Shown: one piece after another, positions 47,975-63,414 of the stretch
Layout of the letters: each line of letters begins with the position of its first letter
Numbering within the stretch: position 1 is the first letter of the stretch
Origin: the human T2T-CHM13v2.0 reference genome, Homo sapiens
Length of the DNA: 64,000 nucleotides
Assembly: GCF_009914755.1 (NCBI RefSeq)
Contig: NC_060926.1
Strand: one strand, 5' to 3'
Made by a program: the position numbers and the translations under genes
Notes under the pieces: model-generated
What the model saw: the letters and a program-made list of their open reading frames with translations, nothing else
What the model was told of the DNA's origin: nothing
The model's database searches: none

Positions 47975-49200
47975 ATGACCATTCAATGAGGAAAGGACAA
48001 TCTTTTCAACAAATGGTGATAGGAAAACTGGATATCACATGCAAAAGAAGTTGGACCTTTACACCATGTTAAAAAAAAACTTAAAGTGTACAAAAGACAT
48101 AAATATAAGAGCTAAAACTATCAAACTCTTGGGAGAAAACATAAAAGCTTCATGACACTGGATTTTGCAATGACTTTTTGGGGAAAATGTAACAGAAAAA
48201 AACAGATAAACTGGACTACATAAAAATTTAAAACTTCTGTGAATCACAGGGCAAAAAAGGGTTAAAAGGCAATCCACAGAATGGGAGAAAATATCTGCAA
48301 ATCATATCTGATAAGGGGTTCATACACTTACCAATATAAAGAACTCCTACCATAAACTGTAATAATAAACACACAACGCCACTAAGAAATAAAAAAAGGA
48401 TCTGAACAGACACTTCTCTAAAGAAGATAGACAAATGGCCAATAAGCACACAAAAAAACGTTCAGTGTCATTAATCACTATGGAAATGCAAATAGAAACC
48501 ACAATGAGATACCACCTCACACCCAGCAGGATAGCTACTATTAAAAAAAAAAAAAAAAAAAAAACAAGTGTTGATAAGGATAGGAAGAAATTGGGCCCCC
48601 GAGCCCTGTTGGTGGGAATATAAAATGGTGCAGCTGATATGAGAAACAGTATGGCAGTTACTCAAAAAATCTGAAATAGAATTATCATGTAATTCCACTT
48701 GTGAGTATATATCCAAAGGCACTGAAACCTGAGACACAAAGAGGTATTTATTTGTACATTCATATTAATAAGCATTATTCACAATAGCCAAAAGGTGGAA
48801 GCAACCCAAGTGTCCATCCACAGATGAATGGGTAAACAAAATGTGGTATATACATACAACGAAATACTATTCAGCCTTAAAAGGAAGGAAATTCCAAAGC
48901 GTGCTACAACTTGCATGAACCTTGAAGGCATTATGGTAAGTGAAATAAACCATTCACAAAAAGACAAATACTGTATGATTCTACCTATATGAAGTATTTA
49001 AAGTAGTTAAATTCAGAGACAGAAAGCAGAATGGTGGTTGCGGGTGGAGTTACTGTTTAACAGGTAGAGTCTCAGGCAAGGTGAAGAGTTCTGGAGATGG
49101 ATAGTGGTGATGGTTGCACAACAATGTGAATGTACTTAATGTGACTGAACAGTTAAAATGGTAAACTTTTATATGTATCGTACCACAATTAAGAAGAAAA
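47975..49200 (+). mobile_element. L1M (L1MB-like) ORF2 3' end and 3'UTR
   Basis: tcttttcaacaaatggtg, atggccaataagcac, gcaacccaagtgtccatc and tggagatggatagtggtgatggttgcacaacaatgtgaatgtacttaat. Confidence 0.88.
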
Positions 49201-49736
49201 GAGTTTTTTAAAAAAGTAGTTCTGAAGCTGGAAACACTGTATAGGCACCTGCAAGCTGCAGTGGACAGGATCTTCAGGTGGGGTGCAAAGCTGGGAAAAA
49301 GGCTACTTCAAGAAATCTGTACAGCAGTACCTGGGTGTTTTGTTTGTTTTTTACTTTGAATTGGCAGTAGTGGGAGGCCATTTGTAGAATTTACAAGAAC
49401 CAGGTATTGCCTTTATGAGTGACTAAGTACATAAAGTGCTAGCACGCATGCCCTAAAAAAAGTTTGGTAACAGTCTGCTCCAATGTGCTCTTATTCTGTC
49501 CTTTAATGGTAAAAGTTTTAACAGCACAAACAGCTTTTTATGTAACATTTAGATATAAAAATACAGCTGTTTGTGGGTTTTGTTTTGATTCAACCTTACA
49601 GACCATCATTGTCTACGGCTACAGTTTTCAAACAATTGCTGAAGTTGTACGGGCACTACAGACATGCACATCCCACAAACTAGTCAGGTTTTGATCTTGA
49701 AGGGACTCTCACCAAGGTATATAAAACAAAACAAAA

Positions 49737-50018
49737 GGCCGGGCCTGGTGGCTCATGCCTGTAATCCCAGTACTTTGGGAGGCTGAGGTGGGCAGATCAT
49801 TTGAGGTCAGGAGTTTGAGACCAGCTTGACCAATGTGATGAAACCCTGTCTCCAAAAATCCAAAAAAAATATTAGCTGGGAGTGGTGGCGCATGCCTGTA
49901 GTCCCAGCTACTCAGGAGGCTGAGGCAGGAGAGTCACTTGAACCCAGGAGGCAGAGGTTGCAGTGAGCCAAGATCGTGCCACTGCACTCCAGCCTGGGCG
50001 ACAGAGCGAGACTGTCTC

Positions 50019-50062
<44 letters not shown>
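49737..50062 (+). mobile_element. Alu (AluS-like)
   Basis: Dimer with (AAAAG)n tail. Confidence 0.95.
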
Positions 50063-51253
50063 TTCAGACACCTAGGTGAAGGGCACAATTTCCCAGAAGT
50101 ACAAGTACTGGCTCTGGAAACCTCTACTTGCTTTTAGCGACTGATTCTAAACCAAGCCAACAGTTCACATTCTAAGCATAGTGCTGCGTGTCTTTCATGT
50201 ATTTAAGATATCTTTTAAAAATATACAAGTCTAAGATATTTAGATCAGGCTTTATTCCTAACCTAATAAAACCCATTTTTGCCACTTTATGTGTTTTTTT
50301 TACACCTTCAGCATACTGAAACATTTTCCTGTTGCTAATTTTTTCTGCTGCAATAAAACAATTTCTGTACCAGATGAGATACTATCTTGATAAACACAGA
50401 ATTCAAAGAACTTCAATCTATCAAAGTGGCACACAGCACTCTCCACAGAAAAAATTACAGGTTTTGGTACATAAGCCTTTTCTTGAAGTAAGTATGATCT
50501 TTCCATCTTTTCTTGGGACATTCTCTATTATTCCTTCATCACTGACTTGTGTTTATACACTGCTTTGTAATGCTAAGTACAGTATGCAATCCTGCTAGGT
50601 GTTCCTTTTCAAAAATAGTTTTTCTTGCTCTATTTATAAAAGCAATTCGTGTTTATTGCAGAAAATTGGAAAATACAGAAAACAGAAAAGGAAAGAATTA
50701 CCCAAATTCCTACCACCTAAAAAAATTCACCTATTAACTGACACTTTATATTTCCTTCCTTTTAGTGTTCCTTTAATTTTTAACATTCAAATTTAATTTA
50801 TTTACATTTCACATTACTAGTAATACCTTTCACTTCTGAAGTATCCTTAGTTTTCCAAGACCCCTTTACATCTACCATTTATCTTTACAACTCATCCATA
50901 GAGTGAGTCAGCCAAGTCCTATTTATTTTGCACACAATAGTTGACTTCTAGGGTAGAGAAGCTAAAAAGTTCTGTAAGGCTGCACTGCTGGCTTGTGGTA
51001 CAAAATCATACTCATCTTCTACAAAATTATGTTCCCAAATCTTCAATGGAAAAAATAATAATGGTATCAATATGAACTGCTAAAAAGTTAAGAATACTCC
51101 TATTGATCTGAAGTAACCTAACACAATTCAACAAAACAGATGCTTCTTCACCAGGTAATCTAGCAACAGTCTGGATCATAATAGAGCCATATATGTAACA
51201 AAACTAAGGAAGAAAACAGGTCCTACAATTAAGCTCCATCTAGACCCCAACTA

Positions 51254-51652
<399 letters not shown>

Positions 51653-51684
51653 TTAGTTCCTCCGTATGTGGAAAGAGTTGGACC

Positions 51685-52201
51685 TGTTTGAAATGCTTGT
51701 TCCCCGGTGCCATAAAGAAACAGCACTTGAACATAAATTTAATTTATTTAGTAAGGCCATTTTTATTTCCTGCAGAAAAGGTACACTCGCCAGCAGTTTT
51801 GCCATGAGAGTACAAGGAACAAAGGAGACAGGGTCATTTATAACCTGATGCGTCCATCATACTGCTGTGTCTGGTTTCCATTGGCTGGAACGGGACCTCA
51901 CATTCTGTATTTGTTCCGATTGGCTAGCAACTTAGAACTTTTTAAAAGAGGCAAAGGTGGAGGAGAACAAAGGAAGGAGGAAGTAACTTGTGGAATGCTG
52001 AGAAGGATAAAAACACTTTTAAATAAGGAAGAGAACAGGATATGACCTAATGCTTGCTTGGACCAGTATAAGCATGCCAGGGCAAATATTTAGGAGCACA
52101 GGTCTTTGAATAAATTTTGCTTCTAAGAGAAGTTACTATTTATTTCTAATCAGATGGGGAGGAAAGTCTTTGAAGAGGTACATCTACTTTTACTTTTTAC
52201 A
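51685..52201 (-). mobile_element. Solo ERV1 LTR, LTR10 family (LTR10C-like), with ~72-bp internal deletion
   Basis: TG...CA ends and 4-bp TSD GACC (51681-84 and 52202-05). Inverted copy of the LTR at 47015. Confidence 0.85.
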
Positions 52202-52253
52202 GACCTGACAAATTCTAGAGTCTTTTGCAATTTTTTAAATGTACATGATTCTG

Positions 52254-52663
52254 CGCTTGAACCCAGGAGGCAGAGATTGCAGTGAGCCGAGATTGAGCCA
52301 CTGTACTACAGCTTGGGTGACAAAGCAACACTCTGTCTCAAAAAAAAAATAAATAGGCCAGGCACAGTGGCTCACGCCTGTACTCCCAGCACTTTGGGAG
52401 GCCGAGGTGGGTGGATAACAAGGTCAGGAGTTCAAGACCAGCCTGGTCAACATGGTAAAACCCCATCTCTACTAAAAAATACAAAAATTAGTCAGGCGTG
52501 GTGGTGGGAGCCTATAATCCCAGCTACTCCGGAGGCTGAGGCAGAGAACTGCTTGAACCTAAGAGGCGGAGGTTGCAGCAAGCTGAGATCATGCCACTGC
52601 ACTCCAGCCTGGGTGACAGAGTGAGACTTCGTCTCAAAAAAATAAATAAATGAAAATAAACAA
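52254..52663 (+). mobile_element. Alu 3' fragment followed by a full Alu (52356-52663)
   Basis: Outer direct repeat aaatgt(ac/gt)atgattct. Confidence 0.93.
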
Positions 52664-52784
52664 ATGTGTATGATTCTACACATCTAGTTTTAAAAACGCT
52701 TTCAACAAACACATACATATTATGCAACTTTACGTAACTTTTTCTATGCTTGCCAAAAAACAACAAGATGTACCTATCCACAGA

Positions 52785-53748
<964 letters not shown>

Positions 53749-53749
53749 A

Positions 53750-54218
53750 TGGCAAAACGGCACTGTCCTCCAGTATTCATTCTTCTTTCTTACTTTTAGT
53801 AATGGAACACCTCTCCCGCCCCTCTTAGCAGGAGGCAGAGTGGGCAACCAGAGACTACATTTCCCACGCTCCTCTCAAAATCGGGGGTGGCCATGTGACT
53901 AAGTTCTGGCCAAGGAGGTATGAGCAGAGTGATGTGTACAAAAATATGAACCATATTCCTAAAGAAAGCTGTTTACTTCTTTTTCTGGGATGCAGTTGTG
54001 AGGTAACCCAGCTTCAACCATGGGAATAAGGACAATACCCTATGGAAGGGCTAAGCACACAGAGAACTGTGGAACCCCTAAAACACTGAGGTGCTCACCT
54101 ACTACGGACTGCCTATCTACCTCTGGACTATTACAGGAGAAAGAAAAACTTAAAAATTGTTTGTTCCATTGTATTCTGAAGTCCCTGTTACAGCAGCTTA
54201 GCCTGTACCCTAATGCAT
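53750..54218 (+). mobile_element. Old ERVL/MaLR-type LTR (LTR16/LTR33/MLT1-like)
   Basis: actacatttccc...ggccatgtgactaagttctggcca and a 3' tgttacagcagc end motif. Confidence 0.6.
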
Positions 54219-54603
54219 AAGTACATCTGAGCATTTTAATATGATTTTGATTCAATATCTATATAAATTAAAAATAGACAAACAATAAGATGTACTGTAT
54301 AAAAAATATTTGGATATATTAAACCTGAAAATGTATAACAAACATTTGTATGTCCCAGTTTGAGGCTGATCTGATTAAAAGGAAAGCGTCTATCCCAAAC
54401 AATTCAATACAACAAAGAGTTTTCTCTTATTCTTCTTGTTATTCATAACTACCAAAAAAAGATGCTTGATTTAACAAAATCAATAGTTAATACAAACTGA
54501 AGGGGGCTTCCTGAAACAACGACTAATGCTTTTCTTCCCTTCAATTACAGATTTCCATAGAAAGGGAAAGAAGTAGAGACACTGTTTTAATAAAGTACCT
54601 AGG

Positions 54604-54900
54604 AGGCTAGGCACAGTGGCTCACACCTGTAATCCCAAGACTTTGGGAGGCCAAGGCAGGTGGATCACCTAAGGTCAGGAGTTCGAGACCAGCCTGGCCA
54701 AAATGGCAAAATCCCATCTTTATAAAAATACAAAAATTAGCCGAGCGTGGTGGTGCACACCTGTAGGTAGTCCCAGCTACTCGGGAGGCTGAGGCAGGAG
54801 GATCACTTAAACCCGGGAGGCAGAGGTTGTAGTGAAACTGAGATCACACCACTGCACTGGCCAACACTGAGACTCTGTCTCAAAAAAATAAAAAATAGAA
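54604..54900 (+). mobile_element. Alu (AluS-like)
   Basis: Dimer; TSD aaagtacc. Confidence 0.94.
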
Positions 54901-55352
54901 AGTACCAAAGAGAACTGCCTTCTCTAGTTTTCCAGAGTGCGGCCAAATCACCCACTTTCCAAACACCTTCCCCTCAATTTTCCTGCTTTCCTGTGTTCCA
55001 AACCACATGGCCCAATTGCATTTATTAAGCATCTCCACTAGGATGTTCTACACATCTCAAAGTCAGCATGTCCATAAGCAGGATCAAGCTACGAAGGAAC
55101 ACAAAAGAATGTTCTAGAGATGACATGATAAAAATTAAGAGTCTAGAGGAAGGAGGAAGAAGCCACTGATCTTCACTAAGGAGAAGTGGTATAATCTCAC
55201 AGGAAAGCCAAATGATTATCTGTAGAAAAGTTCAAGGTTGCAATAAATCAGGGATTCCAAAGGCCACAGCAGAAGAGCTAGTAACAGGAAGAACAGAACT
55301 TAGCTGAAGAATAAAGGAAATAATATCAAAGAAGAGGGAAATATATCTAAAG

Positions 55353-55516
55353 CAGTAATTCTCACACGTGAGCATGCATCAGAATCACTAGCACAGGGCC
55401 TGTTAAAACACAAGATGCTGGGCCCCAACTCCAACGTTTCTGATTCAGTGAGTCTAGGGCAGGGCTGGAAATTTGCATTTCCAGCTGGACTGCGGCACAC
55501 ACTTTGAGAACCACTG
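55353..55516. mobile_element. MER5A-like hAT-Charlie MITE
   Basis: Terminal inverted repeats cagt..ttctca and tgagaaccactg. Internal gcatcagaatcac and gtttctgattcagt. Confidence 0.85.
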
Positions 55517-55701
55517 GTTTTGCCTGTACCTAAAAATGTATCTATAGTGGTGATAATAGAGAAAAGGACAGTTCAGTGGTAACGAGAAAGGTTATATACA
55601 GTAGAGAGAATGATGCTACAACGTGTCCTAAGTAGAATGAATTTCACATCAGGAGTAATGCAATTCACCAGGTGAAGGTTTTAATTAGATTGCAGGCGAC
55701 A

Positions 55702-56004
55702 GGCTGGGCACAGTTGCTCATACCTGTAATCCCAGCACTTTAGGAGACCGAGGTGGGCGGATCACGAGGTCAGGAGATCGAGACCACACTGGCCAACATG
55801 GTGAAATCCCGTCTCTACTAAAAATAAAAAAATTAGCCAGGTGTGGTGGCACTCCCCTGTAGTCCCAGCTACTTGGGGGCTGAGGCAGAAGAACTGCTTG
55901 AACCAGGGAGTCAGAGGCTGCAGTCAGCCGAGATTAGGCTACTGCACTCCAGCCTGGGTGACAGAGCGAGACTCTGTCTCAAAAAAAAAAAAAAAAAACA
56001 AAAA
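55702..56004 (+). mobile_element. Alu (AluSc-like)
   Basis: Dimer; TSD agatt(g/a)caggc(g/a)aca. Confidence 0.94.
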
Positions 56005-56193
56005 GATTACAGGCAACAAAATCTCGCCTGTCCTGCCCCCCACTTCCCCTTACCCCAAATTCCAGGTCTGAGCTAATGGTTTTTCTCCATTCACTTAGAA
56101 TTTACTATAATCTATAGTTTTCAAGGTGAGTAAAATGAGAATAAACCACAATCCAAGGTTATCAGAGATTTGCATATAACTATAATATGAGAT

Positions 56194-56457
56194 CTGTAAT
56201 CCCAGCATTTTTGGAGGCCAAGGTGGGAAGATCTCTTGCGTGAGACCAGCCTGAGCAACACAGCAAGACCTCATCTCTACAAAAAAAATAAAAATAATAA
56301 AAAGAGCCAGGCATGGTGGCACACACCTGTAGTCAGGAGGCTGAGGTGGGAGGATCGCTTGAGCCTGGAAGGTCAAGGCTGCAGTGAACCACTGCACTTG
56401 GCCTGGGAGACAGAACAAGACCAAAAAAGTAAAAATAATAATAATAATAATAATAAT
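56194..56457 (+). mobile_element. Degraded AluJ-like with (AAT)n tail
   Basis: Deleted dimer ending in aataataat repeats. Confidence 0.88.
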
Positions 56458-56691
56458 ACAAGATCCTGCATTATAGGCACTAATGGAATGCAATAAATGC
56501 ACAGAGAAAACAGCCATAAATCTCATGTTCGAGAAGACACCCAAGAAAGCATCACTGAGAGGTAGATCTGAACTAAGAACAATCAGTAGGATTTTACAGG
56601 ATAGAAGGTAGGATAGAAGGTAGGTGGGAAGGGGTGACATGAAGGCAAAGATTTCAGGAAGAAGAAAAATTCATAATTAAAAACATAAAAG

Positions 56692-56993
56692 GGCCGAGTG
56701 CAGTGGCTCACACCTGTATCTCAGCACTTTGCGGGGTTACGGCAGGAGGACTGCTCAAGCCCAGGAATTCGAGATCAGCCTGGGCAATGAAGTGAGACCC
56801 TTGTCTCCACAAAAAATTTGTTTTTAATTAGCCAGTCATGGTGGTGCACGCCCATGGCCACAGCTACTTGGGAGAGTGGGATGGGAGAACTGCTTGAGCC
56901 TGGGAGGTTAAGACTGTAGTGAGCCATCATCACGTCACTGCACTCAGGCCTAGACTATAGAGCAAGACTCTGCCTCATAAAAAATACAAAAAG
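56692..56993 (+). mobile_element. Alu (AluJ-like)
   Basis: Diverged dimer. Confidence 0.9.
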
Positions 56994-58216
56994 ATGTTTA
57001 GGACAACATTCTAGAACTTACCAGTATGTAGGAACATGGCCAGATGTAGAGGTAGACAAACTAAGGTAGGTGGAGAAATATAACAGAAGGCCTTGAATAT
57101 ATCATACTAAGAAGTTTAAACCTTACTTTGTAAGTTTTAAGCAAGTGTAAATTGGGTGGGAGAGTTTCTGGCTCCTGAGCCTAGCCTACACCATAACGTA
57201 TAAATCTTAGCAGAAGTCCTCACCTTGTGCATTCCACCCACACAAGTCATTAGATCTCTGAACTCACAAGGTAACTGGCATAAACAATGACACATAACTA
57301 AAAACAAATCCCTCAGAGCAACTGCAATTCAAAAATATAGTCAAACTCTTTTTTTCTGGACCTGCTATCAGTTCCAGCATTCACAAATCCCTTTTCTCAC
57401 AAATGCTTCTATTAAATGTAATTCCAAATAAACATAAAGGAAGCAGAAGTTGTCACTGCTTCTGGAATTTTCCCTTGCTTACACCAAGAATATATTTAAA
57501 ATTATATACTTTTAAAAAAACAAAAACATTACAACATGCTACATTCTTCAAGACACCAGAAGTCTTATTCAATGTAACAATTTAGCACACTATAATCTCT
57601 GAGGAACAGTGAGTTCCAAGATAATTCAATATAATCTTCAAGTGACAATCTGAAATAAGATTAGGCATAAATAATATGCAAAAGAATATTAACCTCCAAC
57701 ACAGTAAACTTGAAGTGTTAGTAACTTTGACTCAAGTGCTAAAATTCAAAACAGCAATTAAGTTACTGAAACATTTTACAACCCTAACACAAATAGATTA
57801 TCAATGCCTCCACCCTACCCATAAATATCTCACTTCATAATTTCTTCTTCCAAATAACTAATGAATAATTACGTACATCTAAAAGTACAAATTCAAGACC
57901 AATACCAAAATTCAGATTTTTTACAGCCAATTATTAAGCTTTAAAGTATCAAGTATACAGTTTATAACCCAAGCTACAAAATTTATGTAATTAAAACATT
58001 TAACTCAAGTGAATAACCCAAGTTTTAAATTATATTGTATCAATAAAAAAAATGTTATGTAGTAATTCTCAACAGAAGGCAATCCTTCTATCCATATTCA
58101 AATGCAACCTGTTCCAATTTTTAATACAACAGAGGTAACTGGGTTACTATCACTACTACTAGTTTTAGCTGTCATAAATTGAGCAAGTGTCTGTTCTCAC
58201 TTCTTTAGCCAGCATT

Positions 58217-59232
58217 GTGTAATAAAGAATTTGGGGCCCAGGCACAGTGGCACATGCCTGTATACCAGCACTCTGGGAGGCCAAGGCAGGAGGATCACTT
58301 GAGGCCAGGAGTCTGAAACCAGCCTGGGCAACATGGGGAGATCCCTACACACACACACACACACAAATTTAAATTAGCCAGGTGCGGTGGTGTGTGCCTG
58401 TAGTCCTAGCTACTGGGGAGGCTGAGGCAGGAGGATCACTTTGGCCTGAAAGCTGGAGGCTACAGTGAGCTATGATAGCACCACTGTGACACAGTGAGAC
58501 CCCGTCCCTAAAAAAACAAAAACAAAAAAATTTGACTGGCCATTGTCTGATTCCTGGAAAACTCTACTCTTGGAGTCTCCCAACTGATAGGAGTGTCTTT
58601 GTTATCCATGAATCCATAATGGGTCCTCCTTGGCCCACAGCTGAGTTTCTATTAACAGGGTGACTCCCAGTAGGCCCCTAGTTTCAGGATGGGGCCTGGC
58701 CATGCTGGAAATGCCAACCATGTGAATAGTGGGTTGGGCTTTGAGCAACCTGACATCAGCCTAACAACTTGACCTCCAGGGAGAAGGGGACTGGGGACTG
58801 AGTTCAATCATACCTATGTAATAAAAGTCCCATAAAAACTCCAGATGCTGTAGAGTAAGTGAGGTTTCCTGGCTGGCAATCATTCACTGCTGTACTGGAA
58901 GGATGACACGTCCTGAGGACATGGAAGCTTCATGTTTGGGACCCTCCCAGATCTTGTTCTATGTGTCTCTTTAATTGGCTGGTCCTGATTTGTATCATAA
59001 CTGTAATTCCAAGAACAGCACTTTCCTGAGGTCTGCGAGTCATTCTACCAAATTATCAAACGTGAGGTGTAGTGGGAACTCCGAAAGTTGTAGCCAGTTG
59101 GTCAGAGTGTGGATAACCTGCAAGTCCTGGAGTTTGTAGCTAATATAAGAAGTGAGGAGAGTCTTGCAGACTGTACCCTTAACTTACGATGCCTTACCTA
59201 ACTCTGGGTAGCAGGTGCCCAAATTACACTAC
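58217..59232 (+). mobile_element. MER21-like LTR interrupted by an AluJ
   Basis: Starts tgtgtaataaagaattt. Contains ttcaggatggggc, ggaagcttcatgtttgggaccctcccag and gtagccagttggtcaga. Confidence 0.7.
58235..58529 (+). mobile_element. AluJ-like with (CA)n linker, inside MER21-like LTR
   Basis: Dimer whose mid-linker has become (AC)n at ~58347-58365. Confidence 0.9.
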
Positions 59233-59336
59233 AGCTATAAAATAGGATATGCTGCCTTACTTCTCTTCCCAGGACTCTTAAGAGAATTAAATGAGAAAAA
59301 AGTTAGGTAAAAGCACTCTTTAAGATATAAAACGTT

Positions 59337-59394
59337 GTGTTTGCTTCGGCTGCACATACACTAAAATTGGAATGACACAGAGAAGATTATCATG
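59337..59394 (+). pseudogene. U6 snRNA pseudogene fragment (5' 58 nt, 3'-truncated)
   Basis: GTGTTTGCTTCGGCTGCACATACACTAAAATTGGAATGACACAGAGAAGATTATCATG aligns ungapped to U6 nt 1-58, including the ACAGAGA box. Confidence 0.93.
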
Positions 59395-59420
59395 AGAAAA
59401 AATTCTGTATTAAAAAATTT

Positions 59421-59688
59421 ACACTTTGGGAGGCCGAGGCAGGCGGGATCACCTGAGGTCAGGAGTTCGAGACCAGCCTGGCCAACATGGTGAAACCCCG
59501 TCTCTACTAAAAATACAAAACCCAGCTGGGCGTGGTGGCAGGTGCCTGTAATCTCAACCACTTGGGAGGCTGAGGCAGGACAATCGCTTGAACCTGGGAG
59601 GAGGAGGTTGCAGTGAACCAAGATCATGCCATAGCACTCCAGCCTGGGCGACAAGGGCAAAACTCCGTTTCAAAAAAAAAAAAAAAAA
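59421..59688 (+). mobile_element. 5'-truncated Alu (AluS-like)
   Basis: Starts acactttgggagg; ends in an A tail. Confidence 0.94.
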
Positions 59689-60745
59689 TTTTTTTTTTGT
59701 TACGGTCTTTAAGATATTGAAGAAGAAATTGTTAAAACATTTGTAAAGTTCAGAACTGTCCAGGTTAAATGCTTTAAAAAAAAAGGCTTAAAATAAAAAG
59801 CTAAGGAGTCATCAAGAAATTGAATTTATTATGAGTAAAATACAGAACTTAATGAAAACCATTTAAAAGAGCAAAAAATCTAAGTAGTTTCAACTACATA
59901 ACTCAGACCAGTGCCTAAAAGATAAAAATGCATTAAGTCCATTCCTAGAAATAGCAAATGTAGAAATGATGGAGCTTAGAGAATGTAAGATGCAGCCATT
60001 ATTTTGTGACTAAACCTCCAAAAAGTTCATTTTAGCCTTGGGTATGATCAGGAATGACTGAGGTCAGTAAGCAACACTTTGCTTAATAGGCTATGAGTTT
60101 GAATACGAACTACTCACATCACAACCAACTTTTTTTGCCCATCACTACCTAATATTTTAATTCAAGCACAAAGCCATGGGACCCGACTAGTCTTTAAAAG
60201 GTTTCTCAAAGCATCCTATGTGGATAAGGCAGTCTCCTGCCTATATGAGAAAGTATCATTTTCAACTGCATTATAATAGAGGACAAAATTTTTTTCTATT
60301 ATGTTCCAATGATAAAATCAAGACTTTAAATCGTAATTTTACAAGAACATATCGTTTTATTTTCCACCCTCTTGAATATGAGATACTAAGTGTTGCTGGT
60401 CTTTCCCTCAGTAATGCAGGGAACAGTTTGGTGTAGCAGGGGGAAAAAATGGCCTTGGGGGGAAAACCTAGGGTCTCATCTTATTTCTCCTCTTTAGCAG
60501 GCAAATGACTCTTGGGGTCTCACTTTCCTCCAGTAAGATATAATGGCATTGCCTCTGGAGTCTGTAAGATTCTTCCTACCCCTGACATTCTGAGGTGTTG
60601 AGAAGCCAATAACTCATAATTTAGATATTCTTACAAATTAAAAAAGCCTTGCAAGGAAATGTCAGAAACCATTAAAATTTATGTAAAAACATCCCACCTA
60701 TGTGTTCCTCCTTATTGAAGGAGATCCAGGTAAAGATCTCCTATG

Positions 60746-61048
60746 TAGGCTATTATCCTTAGCAAACTAACACACGAACAGAACACCAAACACCACATGT
60801 TCTCACTTGCAAGTGGCAGCCAAATGATGAGAACTCATGAACGCAAAGAAGGGAGCAATAGACACTGAGTCTACTTAAGCGTGGAGGGTGGGAGGAGGGA
60901 AACGAGCAGAAAAAGTAACTATTGTGTATCAGGCTTAATACCTGAGTGATGAAACAATCTGTACAACAAACCCCCATGACACTAGTTTATCTATATAACA
61001 AACATTCATATGTACCCCAGAACCTAAGATAGAAGTTTAAAAAAAAAA
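60746..61048 (+). mobile_element. 5'-truncated older primate L1 (L1PA) 3' end
   Basis: ccttagcaaactaac...catgttctcact...gggtgggaggaggg...atgtacccc-gaacctaa followed by an A tail. Confidence 0.88.
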
Positions 61049-62421
61049 TTGCCCCATAGTCAGCAGGAAACACATCACTAGTAACTTTTACTAAATATTT
61101 ACTTGCTACCTCCAATTTAGCCCTGAGCAAACTTAAGACATTTATGTTTTCTTAAATCTAATGTATTATATGCAAAACCTTTTCAAACTATTTACAAAGC
61201 TGAAGCACCAAGACACATGATTCTTTGACTTATTTTTAATGACTTTTAAATATAATGAGAAAAACATTAATTACGATGCAAGTCATCATCCTATTAAAAC
61301 ATTTCACTTATAATACAAGCATTTAAGTATAGTAGTAGTAGTTAAATCTAAAAAAAAAACAAAAAATTAGCCATAAATAATGATGAAGCTGCCAGTAGTT
61401 AACAACACACACTCACAAATAATGAGATAAATTTAACGGCAAGCTTCCAAACAAAAACCTTGTCATTTTAAGGTGTCCCACAGCAGACCGGTTATGACCT
61501 CGGGAACTGGCCTGAAATCTTGCCTCCTTTCTTGTGTAACCAGCCAAATAACAACACCTCTCTAAATCTGTTTCTTTATAATGGTGCCAACCTTATACGG
61601 TAGCTGTAGATATTAATTAAGACACTGCACCTAGGAAAGAGCCTAGCACACAGTAAATAATAACTCACAATTATTAAATTTTGGAAGAAATGTTACACAA
61701 AGCAGCAGCCCTTTGACTTTTAAAAAAAAATTTACACCTAGGGTTTAGGATCCTATTACTTGTTAAAGTTCAGACTGAGAAATGAAATAACAATCCTACA
61801 AAGAAGCATTTTACTAAGGACAAGTGAATTTAAAATAACTGGTATTATGCAAGTTCAATTACCACAGGCAGAATCTTAGTTTATGAGAATAATTCAAGTT
61901 GTATTAGCTGAAAATATCTATTATTACAAAGTCACTGTCTCCATCAATTCTTTCTTCTCTTATTTCTGTATCTGCTAAAGAAAAATAAATCATTATGAAA
62001 AGAACAGAAAGATACAGAGCACAGCTGGGTTACTTTAAGTTCCAATTAATAACCAAATATAATCTGAGGGGAAAAACCCAGTGAAAGAAGGGAGAAACTG
62101 AACACAACTAAAGATGATAAAAATTTCCTTCCCAAATACTACAAGACTCATATTTCAACTGGATCTTCAAGGACTTTCCTGTCTGAAGACACGAAGCCTC
62201 CAGCAAGTCCTTTCATCACCACAATCAGATCTCCAGCTGAACTTCAAAGGGAACTCTATAAAAGCCACTCTGGTGGGCGGTTGTTGAGATAATCACTCTT
62301 AGCATCTTCTACAGATTGAAAAATAAAAAACCTGACTTACACATTAAGACCAAACACCAGTCACCATTCTCAACAGTTTATTTTTTAATTTGCTCTAGAC
62401 ATCCACAAAATGTATTTTTTA

Positions 62422-62826
<405 letters not shown>

Positions 62827-62904
62827 TCATGCCAAAATACAAAATCCTAAGTGAACAAGCTAATTTCAAATAGTTCCTAGAAGGTTTAAAATTTCCCTGT
62901 TCTG

Positions 62905-63199
<295 letters not shown>

Positions 63200-63410
63200 T
63201 TACCCTGTTCTAAGCACTTTACATACATTAACTCAATTATTACTCACCATAATCCTGTGAGGTAGGTATTATTACAGTCATCCTACAGATGAGCAGAACT
63301 GAGGCACCACCAAGTTATTAACTTGCCCACAGTCTCAATCAGTAAATGGTGGGAGCCAGAGAATTCTGACCCTAGCTGTCTGATTCCAGAGCCAATATTT
63401 AAATCAACTA
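63200..63410 (-). mobile_element. MIR fragment
   Basis: ctgtgaggtaggtattatt...acagatgag..aactgaggcac...aacttgccca...gtctgattccagagcc. Confidence 0.75.
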
Positions 63411-63414
63411 TACT

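Noticed and set aside
52205-52222. gacaaattcta, resembling the reverse complement of the U7 snRNA Sm site
   Set aside because: Only ~11 nt match and no 3' hairpin.
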